A stretch of 64,000 bases of DNA, taken from assembly GCF_963921235.1 (NCBI RefSeq), contig NC_086108.1:89716001-89780000 (forward strand), given 5' to 3'. The translations under genes were made by a program, and so were the position numbers. Under the pieces are notes generated by a model that made no database searches, had not been told where the DNA came from, and was given only the letters and a program-made list of their open reading frames with translations. The stretch is from Mobula hypostoma. Its lineage: Eukaryota. Positions 49,021-59,757 of this stretch are shown here, one piece after another; the first letter of the stretch is position 1; each line of letters starts with the position of its first letter.

Positions 49021-49634
49021 TTAACCTTTCCACTTCGTGTGTTAAATTCTGGACACAATCAGGCTGAGAGTGTACCGAGCTAACTTTTCAGGGGCACGGC
49101 CTCTGGTCTGAAGAACAGCAGTTTATTCTTCGTTTATTTCTCGGCGTCTGATTGGTCATTAACCAGAACAACACATGGAAGCTGACCCTGGAATCGTTCG
49201 GGCCATAGCTTTCAGATGGAATGCACTGCGAACAATCTTTGGAGATAGACTGAAGCCCGAGCACCCGTGGCCTGGAAAGATCTTGAAGTCCCCGCGATTC
49301 TCACAAATTACCGGAGAACGGGAATCAAACCTGAACAACACACACAAAATGCTGGAGGAACTCAGCAGGCCAAGCAGCATCAATAGGAAAGAGTACAGGC
49401 GACATTTCGGGCCGAGACCCTTCGGCAGGACCGCTTCCGGATACTTTGCTTTACTCCCGTATATTATGCTTAACTTTCAGACCACTTCCAGCGTTTTAGC
49501 TGGTTGTTTTTTTTTCCAGTTAATTATTAACAAAATAATTTAAAATATCCGAACTAAATGAAATATGTAAATGTTTGCACGGGTATTATATGAAACAAAA
49601 TAAGAATCAATTTTAACTGGGTTCTGAATGTTCT

Positions 49635-50528
49635 TAACAATCGCACCAGAGAGTCAGACGAGTCAAGTAGACAGCAGCCTCTGACTCTGAACACTGGTGC
49701 CCCGCAGGGATACGTACTGAGCCCGCTCGTTTGACACTCTTTTCACCCATGATTGTGCTCCTGCCCATGTCACCAACTTCATCATCAGATTTGCAGACGA
49801 CACCACAGCGGTTGGGTTAATTACAAATAACAGGAAATACAGAAATTGAATGGTGCAATAACCTCAACCTTTCTTTCAACATTTAAAAAAAACAAATGAT
49901 TATCGATTTCAGGAAATCAAGGAGGTATGAATAGCTTCACTACTTATTAACGGTGAAGCAGTGAAAAGGGTCGCCAGTTTTAAGTTCTTGGGAGTGAACC
50001 TCACAGAGGAGCTTTCTTGGACCACCTTGACAGTGTGGAAGGCTTAGCGGCGCTGATACTGTTTTAGGAGTTTAAAGACAGCAAATCTGCCCCCAAAGCT
50101 GCTGGTAAACCTTTACTGATGTATAATTGAGAGCGTACCGCATGACAGAGCCGTACACTAGCTGCCATAATGTCGACCAAAAAGCACTTTAGCGAGTAAC
50201 CAGGACTGCACAGAACATTATTGGGACACAGCTACCAGGAAACCTTCTTCATCTCACGATGTCCACGGCGGGCTCGCATAATCTTGCTAGAGTCAACCCA
50301 CCCCAGTAATCAGAAACATCTCTGCTCGGACATCCCGACGGGGAAAAAAAAACAGCCTTTACCCCCAGGCTGTTGTGCAACTGATGAATGCCCCATTTTG
50401 GGATTGTTTGTTTTTAATTCAGTTATAACTTAGACGTGAATTCTAAACAACTCCGTCGTTATTTTAAATTTAGTCATTGTGTTTTTATGCTGTTTTGCAC
50501 AGCAATGACAATAAACCTCCATCTTGAC
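49635..50528 (+). mobile_element. Degraded Rex1/Babar-type LINE 3' fragment
   Basis: TGAPQG and RFADDTT motifs by eye; AATAAA tail near 50510. Confidence 0.75.
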
Positions 50529-53500
50529 CAACTTGAAGAAAAGAGCACAGGAGGGAACTGTGTCCTGGATGACGACGTGCCCCGGCCATTGTTTCTAATT
50601 AGTATGGATCACCGACTGTTTCCCAGGCATGTTTAAACACATATTGGAACTGCTATTGAACCCTTCGTCCCTTCTGTGCGGCCTCACTAAGCCTCCCTTC
50701 ATATTGCGCCAGAATTTGAGACAAAGGCTCATTCCATCTCTGGTCTATAAGAATGAAGTAGTTTCGGCAAAGAGAGAGACGTGGCGAATCGCCAGAGATT
50801 GCTTCAGCAGCCCCGCGAACAAACTTTTAATTTGCTCGTGGGCTGAAAAATATCCCATTTGTACATACAAACGAATTAACCTCTGGCGGGAACTAGTGCC
50901 TTGACATCTTTTCATTCGTAAAATTTACGTTATTGCAGTGCGGAGTTGAAAGTGAGGCAACGTGGGCAGGCAGGCACGGAGTGCTGTTCCAGAAAGTGGT
51001 GGAATCAGTCGGTATTCAATCAGCAACGTTAATTATATAATGGTGCCGGTAATAAATTCAGGTTATTTTCAACCATACTGCAATACTACTCAGTTCAGGG
51101 ATGGGGGGGGGGCACGGATGGGACTTGATTTTGGATTATAGTTCCTGCAAGCAGAAGTTTCCAGAAATTAAAATTTTCATTTCCCTCCATTAGCCCTTGG
51201 TTAGCCTTATTTTCCTTTCATTATCTGATTTGACTTCAAATCATCAGTGTTTAGAGGCTCTCTGCTGGATCTGCCATTCACTGTGCCCCATAGACTCGAC
51301 TCCTCCTGGGCAGCCCTTCAGTATGGAGAATTTCTTCCTTTGGGAACTGCAGGAGGTAATTGATTGGAAAGATCCGTGTGTATTTTGAGATCATATTTTC
51401 CTCCTGTCTTGTACCCAAGTCCTCTGAGTGCTGCTAATGCAAAGCTTTGTTTCCCCAATACCATCACAAATGCTTCTCCATTTTGAACACTCCTGAGCCA
51501 GAGTCTCCACAGACACCGTGGATGCCTTTTTTCCAAGGATCCTTCCCGCCTACCAAGCCATCTCTTTCTATGACTTTCTATTTCCAGAGCCCAGTGCTAA
51601 CTTATCCAACACAGCCAACTGAAGGTAACCAGGGTCTCCACTTGGGTCTATTGTCCAAAGAAAGGATACATCTGGAGAACTAAGCAAGTTTTGCAGAGAT
51701 AATATTCATGATATTCCCGCGACCATACTTTAGTTGGAATAAAACTCCAATGCTTTTATGTAACAGTAAACATTCTTCTAAAGTTTTTTTTTTGCCTTTT
51801 CTTCACTTGTACATAATGTGAAGGCTCCTGTCTTGAAAGTGCTAGTTCTAGGACTCCAAAGTAATTTTAATTCAGTGACAGTGTGAAAATAATACTGTCC
51901 AAATGCCTCAGTGGAAGCCTTCAATGTCATGAATTAGCACCACCAAACCCCCTTAACCTATAAGTTGGAGTTCCTATTACACACTAAGTACAAAGCACAA
52001 TAACATCAGGAAAGGGAATAACTCAAGAAAAATATACATGTGCTTCCATTCATTCATTTTAAGAATACAACCTGGGAATGCAGCAGGGTAGTTCTAAAAT
52101 CAGAGCCAAGTCATTTTGGAATGAAATCACATCACTAGTGGAAACCTGACATTCTTTCTTCCAATTTCCTTGTTAAAACATTTTCACTTTTTTGGAAATC
52201 AAATACCAGGGTCTATAAATATAATGAATAACTAAATTTAATAAGGTACACAGCAGAGAGATCATAGAACAAAAATGGCAACACTGCAGATGCAGGAATC
52301 TGGGGCAAAAAGCAGACTGCTGGAAGAGCTCTGTTTTGATGGAGGGTCCCCACCTGAAACATCAACTGCCCATTTCCCCTCACAGATGCTGCCTGACCCA
52401 AGTTCCTCTTGCAGTTTGTTTTATAAACACAAGTTTAGAATTCATTACAAGAGCTATTGGAAAGGAATACAGGCAACACCCAGTTTACAACAGTTCCATT
52501 CCTGAGAACTTTTCATAACTATGGGAGAGGTGCATGAAGTGAATTATATAAACACATGAATGAGAAATTTTTGGAAACAATTTGATTCAAATTGGAGAAG
52601 GGCTTGGGAATCCCCAGGAGTTGCTACATTGAATGGTATATTTCTGTGCTTTAAGTTTCCAATTGTTGGGTAAAGGTACTTTGTTGAATATCCACTGGAG
52701 ACCCCAGAGATCTGAGCTTTGGAAAATGCCAGTGGAGGAATTATTTCAAAATAGCACACTGACCATCCCCAAGGGCTTAACAGAGCAAAGTCCTAATCTC
52801 AGAGGAAGGAGATTCAAGATGTTGCACAGACTTTAAAATCACTAACCACATGCTCAATGGAAAATTGGCCTCCTTTTCTCCTTCATCCTCTTCATAACAT
52901 CTCATCCTGATCCCTCCTTCCATCTCCATCATTCCCACTTAATTCCTTTTCATTGTTCTTAGCCCCTTCCTCCTTCCATTCTCTCAAATGTTCTGTCTCT
53001 CCACTCCCCCCCCCCCACACACACACACACCGGCTGTTAGTTGTACGCTCACTTCAAGAGCATGCTTGCTCACCATCCACTGCCCTTGTCCTTTTCATAA
53101 TCAAAACTCATTTGCTTCCATTCTGTTCCACCTCTTGGACCACAAAGCCTAAAACATACACCCTGGCCCAGAGCTCTCCAACCTCTCCCACAATATCAAT
53201 GGAGAATCTTCAGCCACCGGCCAGCTCTGCATGATTTTGGCAGATTGCAAACTCTTGGTGCTCTGTAATTGAGTGTGGGTCCTGACACACAATTTCCTGG
53301 CTCAAGAAGTAAATTCATCCCTCGTCCTGCAGCATCACTCAGAATAGACATGAGCCCACACCCAGGGGAACTGCCTGTTTGGCACCATTTTTATTAATCC
53401 AAGGGACTTCTGCCTCCAAAATTGTTTTTAAACTGAGTTCCTTTCAAAACTGCTGAATGGAATTGAGAAACAGGCCAACCCCAATGAAAGAACAGGATCA

Positions 53501-53858
53501 AAGGATTGAAGAGCCACCTTTTCCTCTATAGCAGATTACTACTTCTATGAAGTTCAACTCATAGCTGACTGTAGTTTTAAAATATTGTGAGATGTATGGA
53601 AAACTGGTGGCATAAAAATCTGTCTGAGTTAAGTTCAATTTAAAACTTAAAATCACGTTGCAGTCCAGTTTCTTACTGTTTCAATACCTGACAAAATCTA
53701 TTTAAATAATGTTTCAAATTTACTGCTTTGACTATCCTCTCAGCCACCAGCATTCTCACTTGCATTAATTAGTTTGTTCTCTTCCAATTCTTCCACAAAT
53801 TTATCTTATAAACTTAGAATTATAAAATACATTTAAAGACAGCATTTATTAATATGTA

Positions 53859-54696
53859 AACAACAGGAATTCTGCAGATGCTGGAAATTCAAGCAACACA
53901 CATCAAAGTTGCTGGTGAATGCAGCAGGCCAGGCAGCATCTCTAGGAAGAGGTGCAGTCGACGTTTCAGGCTGAGACCCTTCGTCAGAACTAACTGAAGG
54001 AAGAGTGAGTAAGGGATTTGAAAGTTGGAGGGGGAGGGGGAGATCCAAAATGATAGGAGAAGACAGGAGGGGGAGGGATAGAGCCAAGAGCTGGACAGCA
54101 AAAGGGGATACGAGAGGATCATGGGACAGGAGGTCCGGGAAGAAAGACAAGGATTGGGGGGGGGGGACCCAGAGGATGGGCAAGAGGTATATTCAGAGGG
54201 AAAGAGGGAGAAAAATGAGAGTGAGAGAAAGAATGTGTGCATAAAAATAAGTAACAGATGGGGCCCCACCTCCCCCTCGTACATCGACTTCTCTAACTTC
54301 CGCTAAGGCCCCACCTCCCCCTGGTACCCCATCTGTTACTTATTTTTATGCACACATTCTTTCTCTCACTCTCCTTTTTCTCCCTCTTTCCCTCTGAATA
54401 TACCTCTTGCCCATCCTCTGGGTCCCCCCCCCTTGTCTTTCTTCCCGGACCTCCTGTCCCATGATCCTCTCGTATCCCCTTTTGCCTATCACCTGTCCAG
54501 CTCTTGGCTCTATCCCTCCCCCTCCTGTCTTCTCCTATCATTTTGGATCTCCCCCTCCCCCTCCAACTTTCAAATCCCTTACTCACTATTCCTTCAGTTA
54601 GTCCTGACGAAGGGTCTCGGCCTGAAACGTGGACTGCACCTCTTCCTACAGATGCTGCCTGGCCTGCTGCGTTCATCAGCAACATTGATGTGTGTT
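53859..54696. mobile_element. Palindromic double Penelope pLTR insertion
   Basis: Two arms of about 400 bp in inverted orientation; 15-bp TSD atttattaatatgta (53844-53858, 54697-54711). Confidence 0.9.
53956..53991 (-). ncRNA. Minimal hammerhead ribozyme motif, core intact
   Basis: Minus strand reads agttctgacgaagggtctcagcctgaaacgtcgact. Confidence 0.7.
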
Positions 54697-55131
54697 ATTT
54701 ATTAATATGTATAGGTTTTTATCCACAATTTTCAAAAACTTTTGAATACTCTGGAATCATGAGTTATTTCTCTTTCAGATTACTGCTGACTGAAAGTTCA
54801 AAGTAAAATTATTATCAAAGTATATTCACCTAAAACAAGTCTTTGGGTTAAATTATATACAGTTATTAACTGTGATATAATTCATCGTCATCAGTTTGGC
54901 ATAAAAACAAATCAACACAAAAAACATTTGAATTGATCATATAAATTGTTTTAAAAACAGTGTGAGAATAAAATAAAATATTTCTTGCATTAACAAAATG
55001 GTGGCTGTTAGGTACCCTAAATAACATTGAAAATTCATATGAAATCCTTAGTCACGGTGGAATAAAATGTGCCATTGATTGCTGCAAGCCTCAGTACATG
55101 GATAAAACTTCCAAGACAACAATAAAAATAA

Positions 55132-55145
55132 GTTGCCATGGCAAC
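55132..55145. promoter_or_regulatory. Perfect RFX X-box palindrome GTTGCCATGGCAAC
   Basis: Exact match to the canonical RFX consensus, in unique AT-rich sequence. Confidence 0.5.
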
Positions 55146-56731
55146 AAAGAACAAAAATCTGCCCCCACATCTGCCATAACAAGTTTTCTAAGGCATTGGC
55201 AACTAATCAAATTCGGAGTCTATGATAATTATTCTTATTAGAATTACTGTCAAATTTTTGATCCTTTCTAAAAAAAAATGTTTAAATTATACTTGACTTA
55301 TACCATAAGCTTTCTTTATTGAATTGTTCAGCCTTCTCCAAAAGAGAAAATTTGGTGTTAACCACTACAAATCTGCATCGTCTATAATTAAGTTGGAAGA
55401 ATTTTTGTTTCCCTGTGAATTACTTCATCTTCTGATCCCTCCCATCTTTCAAGACCTTTCCTATTTAGCACCACAATTTCCCATGTAATCTTCATGCCTT
55501 TGACAGCTTTTTGCCAGCCATTGCCTGTTGTGATTTTCTGGTACTGTACCTGGGTGCCACATTCAGAAAATCTTTTCCTAACCTTTGACTTCCCACCTTC
55601 TATTCCTCTACTTGTCCCCTTGAAATATGACCAAATCTTTACCTGCCTCTTTTCCTTCCATACATGCTTTTGTAAGGCACTTGCACCAGCTGTCTAACAT
55701 AAATGCAAGCTGTTAGTAGTCAAGTCAATTATGATGAACATCAGGATTTGTTAAATGTCATGCTACAGTTGCATATCTGAACCTCAGACCAAAATTATTC
55801 ATTATGGAAACCATGGGGCAATTATGAAAATACTACTTTGCATTACATCATAATTGGGGAAAAGGGTAAAACAATAACCTTTGTAGATTTTACTGAACCA
55901 AACTACACAGTGGTGGATAATTCTGTATCAGTAAAAACTAGAAATCTAAGCAGAGCATGTAAACACCTTAGTCCATCGCTGTAGAACTGCATCTACCTGT
56001 AAGCAGTGAGCAGTTCTTGTGATGGTATTCCTTTCTACCCCACATCCTGGATCTTTTCTATGATCCATTAGTAGTTGATGGAAAAAGAGGATCAAAGGAT
56101 TGAAGAACCCCCTTTACCTGGAAAGCAAATTATTACTTTTATGAAGTAATAATCACAAGTTATCGTCCTCACTTCTCATCTACACCGTGCAGTAGGAATG
56201 TGCAAACAGCAGCATATTCATATTTTAGCACAAAGGAATCAATTGCATTCATGAGGCAGGCAAACAACTGCAGATTATTATTAAATCTGGGGAAAGGTTA
56301 CAGAGAAGTTTCATTTGGATTCTCTCCAGACTAGCATTGCACAATAAATCAACTCCAATAAATAGAATTTGGGTATCAGAGTAAGTGAAGCATTAACTTC
56401 ATGCACTAAATTTCCTTGGAAAAGATTCATGTCTTGTTTTCTTTGGTTCTCAAATCAGGGGGAAAATCTTACAAAAAAGTGGTGCTTTCTTTGGGCACAG
56501 ATTCTGTATGAGCACAAACCCCACTCCGAAGTCAAAGGTGCGGCTGGGTAGAATGCCTGGTAACCAGAGTGCCCTGGCATTCATCTCAGTCCCCAATTAG
56601 TAATTTCCATAACTGGAGTGGGCAGAGATGCAGCAAGTCCATTGCACTAAAGGCACTAGCAGTATTAACAACTCAACCATTCCCACTCCAACCACATGGG
56701 AAAAGGACAGAAGTCACTACACTGCCGTACT

Positions 56732-57018
56732 GGGGTGGCATGGTAGTGTAGTGGTTAGCTCAATGCTTTAGAGTACAGATGACCCAGATTCAATTCCCAC
56801 CACTGCCTGCAAGGAGCTTGGATGTTCTCCCCGTGACTACGAGGGTTTTCTCCCGGTGCTCCGATTTCCTTCCACAGTCCAAAGGCAAACTGTTTGGTAG
56901 GTTAATTGGTCATTGTAAATTGTCCCGTGATTAAGCTCAAATTAAAAACCAGGGATTGCTGGGTGGCATGGCTCAAAGGGCCAGTAGGGCCTGTTCCAAG
57001 CTCTATCTCAATAAATAA
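56732..57018 (+). mobile_element. tRNA-derived V-SINE (HE1-like)
   Basis: A-box tggtagtgtagtgg, B-box-like gattcaattcc, V-core ccggtgctccgatttccttccaca, (TAAA)n end. Confidence 0.8.
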
Positions 57019-58342
57019 ATATTTTTCAAACTGAAGCCTGAGATGCAAGTTTTCCCCTATTTTTCGGGTGGTGAATATTTGGAACGAGCTGCCAGAGGTA
57101 TTGGTGGAGGCAGATACAACTTTTAAAAAGCATTTGGATAGGAAACGCGTGGATACCATCCTAATGCAGCAAAAGCTGTAAAGGTAGCATGGTTGACTAG
57201 GTGGGCTGTCGGGACACACTTCTGTGCTTCAATACTATTCTATGAAACAAACTGGAATTCCTTTAACAGGGAATCAATTTTGCTTTTGTCTTCAGGTTAC
57301 CTTTAGACCTCAGAGAAAAAAAGAACTTCATAAAGCAGATGGACAACCTATGGTAGAAGTGGACAGTTCTATACAAGCAGAGAAAAGGGAGGCAACTTAA
57401 ATTATTTTAAGTGTTCTTCAGTCCTGAATGTGGCATTGTGCCCTGAAGGAAGATGAGGTACTGTTCAAGTTTATGTTGAGCCCCATTTGAAAAGTGCAGG
57501 TGACCCACAAGTCATAGTGGGATGGAGAATTAATGTAACAAGCTACTGGAAGTTCAGAGTCACACCTGTGCATGGGAAACTGATTTGTAGAGAGAGTGTT
57601 ATTTTATTTCCATCAGAACAATCAATCCCCATGAGCCATTATTGATCTGAGTGTGATGGCATTGGGTTTGCTGACTGCAATGTTCTGAACTGAAATGAAC
57701 TCTTAGCCCTATTGGATATAAATAACCACAAATACTCTCACTAAGGGGAGATTACATTGCAACCACTCCATCTTCAAAGACTAGTTTACTTTCTTGTTTA
57801 TTATCCACGGTGGGTTTAGCTGTCAATACCCACTAATCAAGCAGTGGGACCCCTCTCTCTACCAAGGGAATATACTTCCAGCTAACAGTTTCAAACAGTT
57901 CCTTGATTTATAGTGATATAGATTTAGACTCACAGAACACTCTTAAAACAAATTTAAAACTTAGAGGATTTTTATCATAAACATTTCCAAATTACAAACC
58001 ATTTCCAAAACACAAAGCAAAGCATTTCTTAAGCACAAAGGATTTCTCAAACTCAAAGGATTAAGGATTTTCAAAACATGGGTATAATGCCTATAAAGAC
58101 ATACCATAAATCAGACAATAAATCATCTGTCGCAGAAAGCAAAGCTGGAGGAATGATTACTAGTTCACCATGTTTTATCTTGATGATCCTTACCCCATTC
58201 CTAAAAAGCCTGAGCTGCTCTGTTTTTTCTTTACCCTTTTTCTCCCATTTGGGTGACTTAACACACATAAGATATCTCAGACAACACACATCAAGTTGCT
58301 GGTGAACGCAGCAGGCCAGGCAGCATCTCTAGGAAGAGGTAC

Positions 58343-58378
58343 AGTCAACGTTTCGGGCCGAGACCCTTCGTCAGGACT
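58343..58378 (-). ncRNA. Minimal type I hammerhead ribozyme motif, intact (GUU site)
   Basis: Minus strand reads agtcctgacgaagggtctcggcccgaaacgttgact. Confidence 0.75.
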
Positions 58379-58512
58379 AACTGAAGAGCTAGTAAGTGAT
58401 TTGAAAGTGGGAAGGGGAGGGGGAGATCCAAAATGATAGGAGAAGACTGTCTTCTATCATTTTGGATCTCCCCCTCCCCCTTTCAAATCTCTTACTAGCT
58501 CTTCTTTCAGTT

Positions 58513-58548
58513 AGTCCTGACGAAGGGTCTCGGCCCGAAACGTCGACT
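58513..58548 (+). ncRNA. Minimal type I hammerhead ribozyme motif, intact
   Basis: AGUC-CUGACGA-A-GGGU(CUCG)GCCC-GAAA-CG-UC/GACU; stem I AGUC:GACU; predicted cleavage after C58544. Confidence 0.8.
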
Positions 58549-58744
58549 GTACCTCTTCCTAGAGATGCTGCCTGGCCTTCTGTGTTCACCAGCAACTTTG
58601 ACTTGTGTTCTTGAATTTCCAGCATCTGCAGAATTCCTTGTGTTTGCGTAAGATATCTCAGATATCCTTTTACCACAAACAGTCTGGAAGCTCTCAGCTT
58701 AATGTTCACAGTTCACAATTAATGCTATAATGCTATAAAGCTAA

Positions 58745-59757
58745 TTTCTAAGTCAAGCCAATTCTGAACCTACCTGGCCAAACTTCCCTGGATCCCATGC
58801 CTTCTGACTTTCTGAATAAGCCAACCGTGTGGAACCTTGTCAAATGCCTTACTAAACCCATATAGATCACATCCACTGCACTACCCTCATCTATATGCCT
58901 GGGATACCTTTTGAGGTTACCTCCTCAAAGAACTCTATCAGGCTTGTTAGATGCAATCTGCCCTTTACAAAGCCATGCTGACTGTCCCTAATCAGACTAT
59001 GATTCTCTAAATGCCCATAGATCCTATCTCTAAGAATCTTTTCCAACAGCTTTCCCACCACAGACATAAGGCTCACTGGTCTATAATTACCCGGACTATC
59101 CCTACTACCTTTTTTGAAGAAGGGGACACCATTTACCTCCGTCCAATCCTCCGGTAGCATTCCCGTGGACAATGAGGACATAAAGATCCCAGCCAGAGGC
59201 TCAGCAATCTCTTCTCTTGCCTCATGATGCAGCCTGGGGAATATTCCATCAGGCCCCAGGGACTTATCCATCCTAATGTATTTTAACAACTCCAACACCT
59301 CCTCTGCCTTAATATCAACATGCTCCAGAACATCAACCTCACTCATATTGTCCTCACCATCATCAAGTTTCCTCTCATTGGTAAATACCGAAGAGAAGTA
59401 TTCGTTGAGGACCTCGCTTACTTCCACTGCTTCCAGGCACATCTCCCCCCTTTATCTCTAATCGGTCCTACCTTCACTCCTGTCATTCTTTTGTTCTTCA
59501 CATAATTGAAGAATGCCTTGTGGTTTCCTTTTACCCTACTCGCCAAGGCCTTCTCATGCCCCCTTCTTGCACTTCTCAGCCCCTTCTTAAGCTCCTTTCT
59601 TGCTTCCCTATATTCCTCAATAGACCCATCTGATCCTTGCTTCCTAAACCTCATGTATGCTGCCTTCTTGCACCTGACTAAATTTTCCACCTCACTTGTC
59701 ACCCATGGTTCCTTCACCCCACCATTCTTTATCTTCCTCACCGGGACAAATTTATCT
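58745..59757 (-). mobile_element. CR1 ORF2 internal fragment (second subfamily)
   Basis: ORFs 58891-59442 and 59418-59816 with GNYRPVSL and QHGFVKG. Confidence 0.9.

Larger units (their letters stand above)
48130..49450. promoter_or_regulatory. CpG-enriched putative promoter region of the minus-strand gene
   Basis: Visibly higher CpG density than the rest of the window, CCAAT/ATTGG motifs (about 48315, 48346, 49152), contains candidate exon 1. Confidence 0.5.
58282..58648. mobile_element. Palindromic double Penelope pLTR insertion
   Basis: Inverted arms meeting near 58448; 14-bp TSD taagatatctcaga (58268-58281, 58649-58662). Confidence 0.9.

Noticed and set aside
51588..51624. Possible plus-strand exon SPVLTYPTQPTE
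   Set aside because: Isolated, with no partner exons found.
53833..54806. Cluster of overlapping ORFs on both strands
   Set aside because: Products of the low-complexity purine/pyrimidine tract in the palindromic Penelope pLTR.
56732..56810. tRNA gene
   Set aside because: The A/B boxes belong to a SINE head followed by the V-core; no full cloverleaf.
55305..58132. Possible small minus-strand exons (about 58103-58124 DLLSDL, 55967-55996 VDAVLQRWTK, 55305-55382)
   Set aside because: Splice signals are plausible, but the phases do not join consistently and no protein is recognisable.
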